The notes beneath the pieces were generated by a model, which saw only the letters and a program-made list of their open reading frames with translations, made no database searches and had not been told where the DNA came from. From IMG/VR virus record IMGVR_UViG_3300032315_000486: 64,000 bases of DNA; one strand, 5' to 3'. Both the position numbers and the translations under genes were made by a program. Below are positions 44,924 to 53,970 of the stretch, piece by piece (positions within the stretch are counted from its first letter, which is position 1; each line of letters opens with the position of its first letter). The stretch is from a virus. Its lineage: Duplodnaviria > Heunggongvirae > Uroviricota > Caudoviricetes.

Positions 44924-45301
44924 ATGCTAGAAATGGCCATCGTAACTTGCCTAGCCCTTAATATTTATCACGAAGCTCGTGGTGAAAGCATTGATGCACA
45001 AATGTTAGTAGCAGAAGTAACGCTCAATCGTGCTCAAGAAGAGCATAAAACTGTGTGCGAGGTAGTGTGGGAAGACGATCAATTCAGTTGGACCAACGAC
45101 GGAAAGAGTGATCGCCCAAAAGATCTAGACGCATATGCACAGTCTGTTATCCTAGCTAATCAAGCTCTTACTGATCCACACTCGCTACTCGGTAGCGGAG
45201 CTAATCACTATCACAAAGCTTCCATTCACCCATCATGGGCAAAGCATATGACCCGTCTCGGTCAATATGGTAAACACATTTTTTACACGGATAAACTATG
45301 A
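44924..45301 (+). CDS. SleB-like cell-wall hydrolase domain protein
   Basis: NIYHEARGES.....VAEVTLNR matches Hydrolase_2 (SleB) core. Confidence 0.5.
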   Translation: MLEMAIVTCLALNIYHEARGESIDAQMLVAEVTLNRAQEEHKTVCEVVWEDDQFSWTNDGKSDRPKDLDAYAQSVILANQALTDPHSLLGSGANHYHKASIHPSWAKHMTRLGQYGKHIFYTDKL

Positions 45302-45774
45302 CAAGAATTTATTTAGACTGTGACGGAGTTCTAGCTGACTTTGACGATGGGTTTCGTCAGCAATTTGGTATGGACCCTAGAAAATATGAAGAAAAGTATG
45401 GCAGTAATACTTTCTGGCATAACATCCGTACTTCTGGTAATTTCTACCAAAACCTTCCGCTCATGCCTGACGCTCGTGAATTGTTTGAGGCGGTCGAACA
45501 TCTACGCCCAATCATTCTAACAGGGTGCCCGTTTGGCGGCTGGGCTGAACTTCAGAAGATGCGCTGGAGGGACAAACACTTTCCAGGTATTCCAATGGTC
45601 ACTTGCATGAGCAAGAACAAGCGTGACTACTGCAAGCCTGGGGACTTCCTCATTGACGACTATCTAAAATATCGTGACCTGTGGACAGAGGCTAAAGGTA
45701 ATTTCATACACCACACTAGCGCAGCTGACTCTATTCGTCAACTAAAAGATTGGGGAATCTTATATGACCATTGA
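45298..45774 (+). CDS. 5'(3')-deoxyribonucleotidase (NT5C family, HAD)
   Basis: YLDCDGVLADFD = DMDGVLADF signature of NT5C; ILTGCP; LIDDY. Confidence 0.65.
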   Translation: MTRIYLDCDGVLADFDDGFRQQFGMDPRKYEEKYGSNTFWHNIRTSGNFYQNLPLMPDARELFEAVEHLRPIILTGCPFGGWAELQKMRWRDKHFPGIPMVTCMSKNKRDYCKPGDFLIDDYLKYRDLWTEAKGNFIHHTSAADSIRQLKDWGILYDH

Positions 45775-45952
45775 TGAAGTAGCACAAATCTACGAACGAC
45801 AGTTCGGCGGGCGGTTTCCGTGTGAAAACGATGAAACTGAAGATACATTTACTGTTATGACAGCAAACGATCTATATCAGTTTGCACACGCTGTAGTAAG
45901 AGAGCATCTAGCTAAGCAATTGGAGAAGGCCTATGGACCCACTAACACCTAA
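45764..45952 (+). CDS. hypothetical protein
   Basis: 62-aa ORF. Confidence 0.4.
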   Translation: MTIDEVAQIYERQFGGRFPCENDETEDTFTVMTANDLYQFAHAVVREHLAKQLEKAYGPTNT

Positions 45953-46151
45953 ATTTACTGGTCGCCGCAGGCACCGTGTGCAAAAATTAGGTTGGTTTCG
46001 GCCTAAATATGTGTTAGTATTACAATATGAACTCGAAGGTTTTGTTCCAGAGTTCTATGGCGGACAAGTAGACGGGTCAATTAAACGTTGGTGGGTAGAT
46101 GCCCGCCCAGAGTGGGAAATGCAACATGACGAAGGTGAATCAGCTTCTTGA
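45933..46151 (+). CDS. hypothetical protein
   Basis: 72-aa ORF. Confidence 0.4.
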   Translation: MDPLTPKFTGRRRHRVQKLGWFRPKYVLVLQYELEGFVPEFYGGQVDGSIKRWWVDARPEWEMQHDEGESAS

Positions 46152-46500
46152 GAAAGCTCTCTCCACTCAAAGTGAAGAGGAAGCAATCTCATGTTTGCGC
46201 TTGGCTCGTAAACGACATACAGGCGAGGCAGTAGATGTAAAACCTACGGCAGCACAGCAAAGTAAAGAACTTTACTGGCGTGAAGTGGCTGAAAAGTATC
46301 TTCGTATGGCTCAGGGTTATGACAATCAAGCTGCGATACACAGGCGTCTGGCCTCTGAGTATCTGGACAAATATCTCGACGAATCCAAACGCAGCCAGAA
46401 GCTCCAAAGTGAGAATAGCGGACTAAGAATTAATGTAGCTCTCTGGAGAGTGTTGTCCGCAGTCCTCTTTGGATTAATGATAGTAGCAGTGCTCATATGA
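46099..46500 (+). CDS. membrane-anchored protein (C-terminal TM)
   Basis: 133 aa; C-terminal LSAVLFGLMIVAVLI. Confidence 0.4.
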   Translation: MPAQSGKCNMTKVNQLLEKALSTQSEEEAISCLRLARKRHTGEAVDVKPTAAQQSKELYWREVAEKYLRMAQGYDNQAAIHRRLASEYLDKYLDESKRSQKLQSENSGLRINVALWRVLSAVLFGLMIVAVLI

Positions 46501-46859
46501 CATACACTCTTTTCTTAGACGACATCAGATTTCCAGAAGATGTCAAGTACCCCTATGGACACTACTCTAACGTAATTGTATGTCGTAGTTTTGATGATGC
46601 AGTTTGGACAGTAAAACATCATGGCGCTCCCCGCTTTATTAGCTTTGATCATGATCTGGCAGATGTACACTATATTATTGGTGACGGAGAAAAGACTGGC
46701 TACACTTTTGCTAAGTGGTTTTGTGATTGGGTTATTGATAATGACGTTGATCTTGGGTCTCGTTTCAATTTTCATGTTCATAGTATGAACCCTGTAGGTG
46801 CTGAAAACATCCGGTCGTACATGAGAAACTTCCTAGATAGGTATAAATATGTTTCGTAA
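46497..46859 (+). CDS. hypothetical protein (120 aa)
   Basis: ORF; LFLDDIRFPED N-terminus. Confidence 0.45.
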   Translation: MTYTLFLDDIRFPEDVKYPYGHYSNVIVCRSFDDAVWTVKHHGAPRFISFDHDLADVHYIIGDGEKTGYTFAKWFCDWVIDNDVDLGSRFNFHVHSMNPVGAENIRSYMRNFLDRYKYVS

Positions 46860-47181
46860 AATCGTATGCGCTCTAGGCTTTCATCGTTGGTACACTGTAG
46901 ACGCGACGAACTGCTTTGCAACCACCTACAACGATATGCCGCGTTGGGAGCCTCGTCATCACATGGTGTGGTATCAGCAATGTTCATGCTGTGGAAAACG
47001 TCGAGCGAAAGATACAGTTAAACAAGATTCCATAAGCGGTCATGAGCGTCACAACGGAGTTGAATTGGCGAGAGTCAATTGGGTAGAGAACGGTGTTATG
47101 TATTTAGGATCTAAAGGCTCATTCAAAGTACCTCCAGTACGGCGTAAACCACGACTAACAGTAATTAAAGGAAAAGAATAA
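46849..47181 (+). CDS. Cys-containing hypothetical protein
   Basis: 110 aa; CSCCGKRR. Confidence 0.45.
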   Translation: MFRKIVCALGFHRWYTVDATNCFATTYNDMPRWEPRHHMVWYQQCSCCGKRRAKDTVKQDSISGHERHNGVELARVNWVENGVMYLGSKGSFKVPPVRRKPRLTVIKGKE

Positions 47182-47669
47182 TGGCAACAGTAATTAAAGC
47201 TCCAGAACCACACGAATTAGACGATCGTGTAACCGTGTTCCTAGGTGGTTCTATTGACATGGGGGCTGCAGAACTCTGGCAAGACCGACTAGTTAAAGAT
47301 CTAGAAGACTATGACAATCTAGTTCTACTAAATCCTCGTCGTGATGATTGGGATTCATCTTGGACGCAAGACCCAACTCCAGGCACTCAGTTCTATGAGC
47401 AAGTAGACTGGGAACTACGTTGGCAAGACCAAGCTGATCTAATCGTTTACTACTTCGCTGCAGATTCTAAAGCGCCAATCACTCTTCTAGAAATGGGCCT
47501 ATTTTCAGGCGATCATGTTCTAGTCTGCTGCCCTCCGTCATTCTATCGCTATGGTAATGTGAAGATGGTGTGTAGGCGTTATGGAATTGACATGGTAGAG
47601 AGCTACGAGGATATGGTTTCTCATCTTCGTGCAGCCATAGATGCGGAGCCTGACAATGCAGACATTTAA
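47181..47669 (+). CDS. nucleoside 2-deoxyribosyltransferase-like (NDT/Rcl fold) protein, AT-rich copy
   Basis: VFLGGSIDMG...WQDRLV...NPRRDDW...QVDWELRWQDQADLIVYYF....TLLEMGL matches the NDT-like flavodoxin-fold pattern. Confidence 0.5.
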   Translation: MATVIKAPEPHELDDRVTVFLGGSIDMGAAELWQDRLVKDLEDYDNLVLLNPRRDDWDSSWTQDPTPGTQFYEQVDWELRWQDQADLIVYYFAADSKAPITLLEMGLFSGDHVLVCCPPSFYRYGNVKMVCRRYGIDMVESYEDMVSHLRAAIDAEPDNADI

Positions 47670-48057
47670 GATTAATCGCAACTCTTGGCACTATCGACTA
47701 AACCGTTCTTGCTGGAATGAGAACGAGCACTATATGGAACCTTGGGAACGTAAACACTCTAACTTTTGCGCCTACTGGCGTGCTACTGTATTTCGCATGA
47801 TAGGCGTTGCACTTGTGAGCCTGTTTCTAATTAGTCTAGGTGCTATGCTTGCTGCCGCCGTTGTGTCAAACCCTGCCGCAGCTGGATACACTATTGTAGG
47901 TGTTGTAGGATTCTTTGCAACAATCATTGGCCTTGCTATAGGTCACGAATACCTGCAAGGTTACAAGGAAAAGAACCCTGAACCAAAAACTCTAGTCGGT
48001 AAGCAGTATACAGCATATAAGAGCAAAATCTGCCCGACAGTGGAGTTTGGCCAGTGA
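47656..48057 (+). CDS. membrane protein
   Basis: 133 aa with two TM helices. Confidence 0.45.
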   Translation: MQTFKINRNSWHYRLNRSCWNENEHYMEPWERKHSNFCAYWRATVFRMIGVALVSLFLISLGAMLAAAVVSNPAAAGYTIVGVVGFFATIIGLAIGHEYLQGYKEKNPEPKTLVGKQYTAYKSKICPTVEFGQ

Positions 48058-48239
48058 AATATCTAATTGTATCTCCAGATGGCTCACTACGAATTACAGA
48101 AGACCCTGTTGGGGATTTTGAACAAGGCAAGCTGAGCAAAAACGATAAGATTCATACTGTCGGACCAGAACAACGAATTAAGATCGGTCTAGACAGCTAT
48201 AAGGTTACAAGGAGTATCAACCCTCATGACGACCGATAA
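48054..48239 (+). CDS. hypothetical protein
   Basis: 61-aa ORF. Confidence 0.4.
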   Translation: MKYLIVSPDGSLRITEDPVGDFEQGKLSKNDKIHTVGPEQRIKIGLDSYKVTRSINPHDDR

Positions 48240-48540
48240 TTTTGAACGGTGGTTCAACGAGCTAGAAGGATACTCAACTCGCTCTGAACGTTTCTGGGAA
48301 GACCTAGAGTGTAGTGACCCGCAACGAGTTAAGGATTGGCTTCGTGCTGCGTATAATCAAGGCGCTAGGGACGCTCAACAGATTAATGTGTTTGAGCAAC
48401 TATTTCCTAGCCCAACTAAAGCTCCTGTGTTTGTTCAGCCTAAACGCACCTGCTCTCGTTGTGGAATAAGCCTAGAAGGTGTAATGGGTTATGTGTGTAG
48501 CGATAGCCATTGCCCAACTTTCATAAAACCTACTTGTTAA
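48226..48540 (+). CDS. hypothetical protein with C-terminal Cys cluster
   Basis: CSRCG...CSDSHC. Confidence 0.4.
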   Translation: MTTDNFERWFNELEGYSTRSERFWEDLECSDPQRVKDWLRAAYNQGARDAQQINVFEQLFPSPTKAPVFVQPKRTCSRCGISLEGVMGYVCSDSHCPTFIKPTC

Positions 48541-48551
48541 GGAGTGAATAA

Positions 48552-48725
48552 ATGACTAAGAATGTTCGCGTTGAGAACGCAGATACCTCTAGCTATGTTG
48601 TCGTTGTAGAAGTTTGGGATGTTGCAACACAGAAATGTGTAGAGACACGTAGACTTCCAAATCCGGCAGATCTAGGAACATTTTCTATTTGGAAAGGTCG
48701 ATACCTAGTAGTTAAGGAAGAGTAG
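48552..48725 (+). CDS. hypothetical small protein (57 aa)
   Basis: ggagtgaataaATG RBS. Confidence 0.35.
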   Translation: MTKNVRVENADTSSYVVVVEVWDVATQKCVETRRLPNPADLGTFSIWKGRYLVVKEE

Positions 48726-48775
48726 CGCTTGCTGCTCTTCTTTTCATATGCTATTATCTTATAAAGGAGATAATA

Positions 48776-49009
48776 ATGAAAAACTATACAGACGAAGTTG
48801 TTGCGGCTTGTATTTCCAATCTACTAGCCAGACTGGATGAAGTATATGGCGAAGGTATGCACTGGTACGGTCAAACACCGGATTGGTATGTGTGTGCAGC
48901 TATGGTATCGTGCGACATTGAAGATACAAACGGTGAAGCCTCCCGATATATTTTAAAAGAAGCAGAAGAGCGTAAAGAAAATGATTCTAGTGATTCTACA
49001 CACAGCTGA
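48776..49009 (+). CDS. hypothetical protein
   Basis: aaaggagataataATG RBS. Confidence 0.45.
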   Translation: MKNYTDEVVAACISNLLARLDEVYGEGMHWYGQTPDWYVCAAMVSCDIEDTNGEASRYILKEAEERKENDSSDSTHS

Positions 49010-49178
49010 ACGTACTGAGTATGATTACAACGGTCGCATTATTGAAGAGAAGGGTACTGTATTAGTGTCACACGGCATTGACTGCGAAACTGGTAAAACA
49101 GTCATTCTACCTTGTGAACGTTGGAGCAATTTCAGGCACCACTGTGTGCAATATGAAGGGGAGTGGTATTTACGATGA
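48981..49178 (+). CDS. hypothetical protein
   Basis: 65-aa ORF. Confidence 0.35.
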   Translation: MILVILHTAERTEYDYNGRIIEEKGTVLVSHGIDCETGKTVILPCERWSNFRHHCVQYEGEWYLR

Positions 49179-49329
49179 GGTATCATATAGCAGTAGCGTA
49201 TTCTTCAAATGAACTCGTCATTCTAGTTAACGACTATATTAAAAATGGTTGGCGGCCTTATGGTGGAGTAGCTTTCACAGCAGAGGGTGGGCGAGAAAAG
49301 TGGGCACAAACGATGGTGAAAGATGATTA
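49165..49329 (+). CDS. hypothetical small protein (54 aa)
   Basis: ORF filling gap. Confidence 0.3.
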
Positions 49330-49523
49330 AGGTAACAGTAGCGACTATTCCAGATTTCGACTTTGAGGTTATAGATGTAGTAATTCGCATCGAAGATGAT
49401 CGTGGTACTAGTAACTGCTGGTCTCGCGGTTTTGATGATGATGAGTGGGAAGCAGCAGAACAATATGCTCGTGATCTGGCTAAAGCATTAGGTTGTGAGT
49501 ATGTAGGCGAGGTTGAAGAATGA
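49323..49523 (+). CDS. hypothetical protein
   Basis: 66-aa ORF. Confidence 0.4.
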   Translation: MIKVTVATIPDFDFEVIDVVIRIEDDRGTSNCWSRGFDDDEWEAAEQYARDLAKALGCEYVGEVEE

Positions 49524-49672
49524 CTGTAGCACAACTAATTGAGTTACTAAAAAAGATGCCTCAAGATGCCGTTGTATTTCGTGATGGCGGAGATTATGCT
49601 GATGATTGGCGACGCATCCACTCAGTAAACAATCTAAACTCCTGGGGAACACAAGGAGTACTAATAGAATGA
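49520..49672 (+). CDS. hypothetical small protein (50 aa)
   Basis: ATGA-coupled. Confidence 0.3.
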   Translation: MTVAQLIELLKKMPQDAVVFRDGGDYADDWRRIHSVNNLNSWGTQGVLIE

Positions 49673-49980
49673 AGATTGATCCTGATTGGAAAAAGTACTC
49701 TAAGATAGTTCCTTGCATGACATGTAAAGGTACTGGGGTTGTTGAGCGGTCCGAGTGTACATCTTACCACAAAGCAGACTATGATTACTGGAATGAGCTA
49801 TGTGCTAGATGTGATGGTGATGGTAGGCTTGTTCAGGTAGAGTATTCATTTCGTGTAGAGTTCACTACTCCAGACAGTAAATACCAGTTTGCTGATGCGC
49901 ACCAAGATTACATGCACACAGCCGTAGAAAAGCTAGATGGTCGTAAGACTTCAGACGTTTACGAGATAGGCAGACGATGA
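49669..49980 (+). CDS. DnaJ-type CxxCxGxG zinc-finger protein
   Basis: CMTCKGTGVV and CARCDGDGRL repeats. Confidence 0.45.
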   Translation: MKIDPDWKKYSKIVPCMTCKGTGVVERSECTSYHKADYDYWNELCARCDGDGRLVQVEYSFRVEFTTPDSKYQFADAHQDYMHTAVEKLDGRKTSDVYEIGRR

Positions 49981-50195
49981 TTAATTTTTATCAGGCTTGG
50001 AAAGAAGATAAAGAGAGCAATCCTAAGATCCGTCGAGGCAAGGTCGGCACGGAGTGCCGCATTTGCGGAAAGTATGTAGGCGGCTTGAAAAGCCACGTAG
50101 AAGACGCACACGGTCGTGGAATGTGGTCTCGGTACTTAGCAGCAGAAGAACGTGAACGTCAGCTAGTCAAGCAAAGGTTTTTGGAGCTGTTATGA
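49977..50195 (+). CDS. small zinc-finger protein
   Basis: CRICGKYVGGLKSHVEDAHG (C2H2-like). Confidence 0.4.
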   Translation: MINFYQAWKEDKESNPKIRRGKVGTECRICGKYVGGLKSHVEDAHGRGMWSRYLAAEERERQLVKQRFLELL

Positions 50196-50377
50196 TGGAT
50201 GATAAAGACTACGACACCCTAAACGGCAAGTACATCGGCTCTGAGTATGGCGATATGCGCCGAGAGCGTAAACAGCTGATGGAACGCATGATTTTTAGAA
50301 ATGATGCTACAGTTAAGCCTCGTATTCGTGAATTAACCTTACAAATGCTGGAGTACATGCGATGCCGTGCCACGTAA
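50192..50377 (+). CDS. hypothetical protein
   Basis: 61-aa ORF. Confidence 0.4.
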   Translation: MMDDKDYDTLNGKYIGSEYGDMRRERKQLMERMIFRNDATVKPRIRELTLQMLEYMRCRAT

Positions 50378-50616
50378 CATTTGACTTCTTATCAGACCAT
50401 AACGGCGAGTACTGGTACAAGTGTGATACTTGCGGAGCTCGTGATTGGTTTGGTAGATCAGCAAGCCCTCGCAGCGATAATCCTCTAGAAGGTTGTCAAG
50501 CTAAAGACCTGCAAGACATGACACGAGAGCAGTTGATGGGTCAGGTGATGCGATATCGCAGACGTCTAGACCGGATTGAAGATTGGCTAGAAACGTTTCC
50601 AGGAAAGAAGCCATAA
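50362..50616 (+). CDS. hypothetical protein
   Basis: 84-aa ORF; CDTCGARD. Confidence 0.45.
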   Translation: MPCHVTFDFLSDHNGEYWYKCDTCGARDWFGRSASPRSDNPLEGCQAKDLQDMTREQLMGQVMRYRRRLDRIEDWLETFPGKKP

Positions 50617-50850
50617 ATGAAGCTACACTTTAAAGATACAGAAATCTCTTTCACTCCTATGATGCGCCAAGAGATTGACTACTGGCTGAGTCGAGGATAC
50701 AAGATTTTTACTCACCGAGGAATTAACTGGATGCGAGTTCTTCATGCTGACGGCCATCGCATAATGATTATGGCTCCAGATGAAGAACTAGAACGTATCG
50801 ACACTCGTAGATTTGAACGTGTCGGTATGGTAACGAGGATGAAACAATGA
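50617..50850 (+). CDS. hypothetical protein
   Basis: 77-aa ORF. Confidence 0.45.
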   Translation: MKLHFKDTEISFTPMMRQEIDYWLSRGYKIFTHRGINWMRVLHADGHRIMIMAPDEELERIDTRRFERVGMVTRMKQ

Positions 50851-51251
50851 AGTTTTTTACATGGGCAAAAGATGGAGGTCCAGAATCTCCAGTAGATGCC
50901 TTCTTCCTATTTGAGATTAAGAGTGTGTGCAGCGTAGCCTTTCTACGTTTTAATCCTGGAAGCCGTGAAGCGTCTCACACTCATGCGTTCAACGCTTGGA
51001 CTTGGTTTATTAGCGGAGAGCTGCTAGAAGAACATCTAGACGATGATGGCTGGATTAAGTACAAGTTTTACAAGCGTTCACTACTTCCCAAGGTCACACG
51101 CCGCAGTAGAAACCATAGAGTGCTAGCAGATCGCACATCTTGGTGTTTTACTGTTCGTGGGCCTTGGGCTAAAACTTGGACAGAAGATACAGACACCCAT
51201 CGTATTACGCTAACGCACGGGCGTAAGATTGTAGAGAGAGTTGAGAAATGA
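50847..51251 (+). CDS. hypothetical protein (134 aa)
   Basis: ORF. Confidence 0.45.
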   Translation: MKFFTWAKDGGPESPVDAFFLFEIKSVCSVAFLRFNPGSREASHTHAFNAWTWFISGELLEEHLDDDGWIKYKFYKRSLLPKVTRRSRNHRVLADRTSWCFTVRGPWAKTWTEDTDTHRITLTHGRKIVERVEK

Positions 51252-51610
51252 AACTATACATCGCAATTCTTGACGAATTTCCAGACTACATGACGCCAAC
51301 TCTTGTAGCTCATGCTATGTTAGGAGCACATCTAAACTTCATGGCTGACATTGAAATACTAAATATTTTCGATGAAGAGCAAACTGAAAACTTAAAAAAC
51401 TACGAACGGTGGATTTCTCAGTCGTTCAAGAAGTGTGTAGTGCGAGTCAACCAACGAGAGTTTGACAAGATTGCAGCTCTACCTAACGTATATCTAGCGC
51501 ATGAAAGCACAGTTCTTGAAGGCCGTAAATCGTGTGCAGTTGTTTGCCCACGCGAAGAACTGCCTAACGTACTCAAATTCGCAAAACTATGGAAACCAAA
51601 GCATGAGTGA
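51248..51610 (+). CDS. hypothetical protein (120 aa)
   Basis: ORF. Confidence 0.45.
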   Translation: MKLYIAILDEFPDYMTPTLVAHAMLGAHLNFMADIEILNIFDEEQTENLKNYERWISQSFKKCVVRVNQREFDKIAALPNVYLAHESTVLEGRKSCAVVCPREELPNVLKFAKLWKPKHE

Positions 51611-51833
51611 ACCAGCCCTTGAAGCAATTCGACTAGCCTTAAAGACTTGCGAGACAGGTGATGTACCTGATCTCGCTCAAGGCATACTTGCCGTTCTGCG
51701 GATGGAAGGATTTGATGTAATCAAACAGGCTCCTAAAGGATGGAGACAGAGCATCTACCAAACTATGGCTGAATGCGACTGTCCTCGTATGGACCTTTGT
51801 GAAGCTGTGGGACAGTGTTGGTTAGATGATTAG
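51603..51833 (+). CDS. hypothetical protein
   Basis: ATGA-coupled start preferred over 51501. Confidence 0.4.
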   Translation: MSEPALEAIRLALKTCETGDVPDLAQGILAVLRMEGFDVIKQAPKGWRQSIYQTMAECDCPRMDLCEAVGQCWLDD

Positions 51834-52005
51834 GTGGTATGATTGGGCAGTAGCTGTATTTGTAGCTGATTGGATTGTAGCTTCAGCAATTGCATCTGTA
51901 ACAGCAGCAGTGTGGTGGCAATCAGCGCTGAGTGTAGCTTGTGTGTATATGCTTTTTGTGTTATGGGATGATTGGTGTCAATGGAGACTGGAACGTGAAC
52001 GATAA
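51829..52005 (+). CDS. small Trp-rich membrane protein (58 aa)
   Basis: MIRWYDWAVAVFVADWIVASAIASVTAAVWWQSAL...; below track threshold. Confidence 0.3.
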   Translation: MRWYDWAVAVFVADWIVASAIASVTAAVWWQSALSVACVYMLFVLWDDWCQWRLERER

Positions 52006-52231
52006 AGATAAAGAATTTGTAGACGAGGTTAATGATGTGGCATATGCACACATCAATCATGTTCTCAAGCGTGTCGCGAACAACAAGATGAGCACCGCCG
52101 AGTTTGTTGGTAAGGCTTATGCATACATGGTAGCTGCGGAAGCCTTAGGATACCCACTACGTTCAATGTATCGCAAGTCTCGTCGAGTAGGAACTGAGTT
52201 GAGAGATCGGAGTGAAAAAGATGACGTCTAA
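51991..52231 (+). CDS. hypothetical protein
   Basis: GTG start downstream of membrane ORF; track ORF opens at 51941. Confidence 0.3.
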
Positions 52232-52385
52232 CATTGGGCTTTATGATGTGACGATGGTCGCGTTGGGAGCAGTAGCGCTCTGGGCAGTTACTGGTTACAT
52301 CTTTACTAGTATCATTCTGTCCGCCTGCTTTTACTTTGCGGGCATGGTCTTAGGCGAGTGGATTGTAGATAGGATTACACGATGA
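52220..52385 (+). CDS. small membrane protein (54 aa)
   Basis: hydrophobic ORF; below track threshold. Confidence 0.35.
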
Positions 52386-52630
52386 GCGAATCTCGCGACG
52401 AAGTCGCACGGGTGGTAACGCAGGTAGCTGAAGGAGGACTGCCACATCCCCGCAATCTAGATGCTGCATTGGATGCGATATTTGAGAGCATCAATAACGA
52501 ACAACTTCGACACTTTAGAGATATTAAATCAGCGCTCATAGACCTACTCGGAGCACTAGACGACGAAGATAATGAGAGAGTAGCCTGGGCTATGCAAGAA
52601 GCCCTAAATAGTCTAGGAGATATTGAATGA
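52382..52630 (+). CDS. hypothetical protein
   Basis: 82-aa ORF. Confidence 0.45.
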   Translation: MSESRDEVARVVTQVAEGGLPHPRNLDAALDAIFESINNEQLRHFRDIKSALIDLLGALDDEDNERVAWAMQEALNSLGDIE

Positions 52631-52887
52631 TTGAAGAAGAGATGATCGGATGGTTGGTCCGTAAAATCAACGCACTAGGTCCAACGTTTGTAGTTCAATT
52701 CGTTGACAGCTCTCGTGACAGCCTAGTGAAATATCACGACAGCCTAGGACGTATGATTCGTAACGAGTTCAAGATGTGGGACAACGATTGGAAGCCTCTC
52801 ATTGTCAACGGAGTTGACCACAGTCCAGAACATCCAGATCAGCGATCACAACGAGTTATCGAACAAACATGGGAACGCCTACAATGA
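52627..52887 (+). CDS. hypothetical protein
   Basis: 86-aa ORF. Confidence 0.45.
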   Translation: MIEEEMIGWLVRKINALGPTFVVQFVDSSRDSLVKYHDSLGRMIRNEFKMWDNDWKPLIVNGVDHSPEHPDQRSQRVIEQTWERLQ

Positions 52888-53426
52888 TTATAGCCTTCGC
52901 AGGGTTTAAAGGAAGCGGAAAGAGCGAAGCCGTCGCAACACTTGAACAGTTAGGTTTCGTAGATGTGAAGATGGCAGCACCGCTAAAACAGATGCTGAGA
53001 ATTATGTATCAGTATTGCGGTCTAACACACGACGAAGTGGAACGTCGTCTAGAAGGGGATCTAAAAGAGCAGCCAGATGAATGGTTGATCGGTCAAACAC
53101 CGCGCCATGCAATGCAACAGCTGGGTACTGAGTGGCGAAACTCGATCCATCCAAACCTCTGGATACCAATGTGGCAGCGTCGAGTGAGAATGCTCAAACC
53201 AAACTCGGTCTGCTGTAGTGATGTGCGCTTTCCTCACGAAGTGGACGCACTTCGTGCGGTAGGGGGCCGGCTCATCTGGATTGACCGTCCTGGAACTAAG
53301 AGTGATGGACACGCTAGCGAGCAAGATATTCGGCATCTAGCTGATAGCGTCATCACTAATGATCACGACCTAAACACATTAAGAAGCGCGGTACGCCGCA
53401 TAGCCTTGGAGCCTCAACTTGATTGA
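52884..53426 (+). CDS. deoxynucleoside monophosphate kinase (T4 gp1-like)
   Basis: P-loop AFAGFKGSGKSEAV; AAPLKQML; C-terminal RLIWIDRPG...DGHASEQDI....DSVITNDHDLNTL resembles T4 gene 1 (TVIHVVRPG..DTHITE...DLVITNDGSLEEL). Confidence 0.55.
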   Translation: MIIAFAGFKGSGKSEAVATLEQLGFVDVKMAAPLKQMLRIMYQYCGLTHDEVERRLEGDLKEQPDEWLIGQTPRHAMQQLGTEWRNSIHPNLWIPMWQRRVRMLKPNSVCCSDVRFPHEVDALRAVGGRLIWIDRPGTKSDGHASEQDIRHLADSVITNDHDLNTLRSAVRRIALEPQLD

Positions 53427-53952
53427 AATCGTAGCCTTACTTATCATTGCCATTCTAGGAATTGCATCAGTTGAATGGGACAACTCGTTTGGAGCTTTTG
53501 TAACATTTGTTGGAACTCTAGCTGTTGTTCAGTGGTGGTTTGCACTTCCAGTGTGGGCAACGTTAGTTGCAAACCCGCTGCTCATTGTGGCAGCCTTAGT
53601 CCTCTATGTGATCATTGGACTCTCATACTCAACTCTCATTCGCTTTCCTCGTTGGATTAATGCGTGCGGCCCTCAAATCTCTAGCCTGTGGGACGACTAT
53701 GTGAAGGCAAATCCAACCGACTATTCCCACGAAGAGTTTCGTCAGTCGTATCGTTTCCGGGAGTATACAGCCTCATGGAACGGTGACCGAATTGCTAGCT
53801 GGGCCATCATGTGGCCGTGGGGTCTAGCATGGGATCTGATTAATCGTCCTATCCGCGCTGTATATCGTCACATCTACCGAGCGTTTGAAGGTATCCTAGC
53901 ACGAGTAGAACGTCGTGCAATTGAACAAGCATCTACCAAAAAGGGCCCGTAA
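53419..53952 (+). CDS. polytopic membrane protein
   Basis: 177 aa, 3-4 TM helices. Confidence 0.5.
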   Translation: MIEIVALLIIAILGIASVEWDNSFGAFVTFVGTLAVVQWWFALPVWATLVANPLLIVAALVLYVIIGLSYSTLIRFPRWINACGPQISSLWDDYVKANPTDYSHEEFRQSYRFREYTASWNGDRIASWAIMWPWGLAWDLINRPIRAVYRHIYRAFEGILARVERRAIEQASTKKGP

Positions 53953-53970
53953 TGGGCCCTTTTTTATTTA
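53936..53970. terminator. bidirectional rho-independent terminator
   Basis: aaaaa-gggccc-gtaat-gggccc-ttttttattt between convergent gene sets. Confidence 0.8.
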
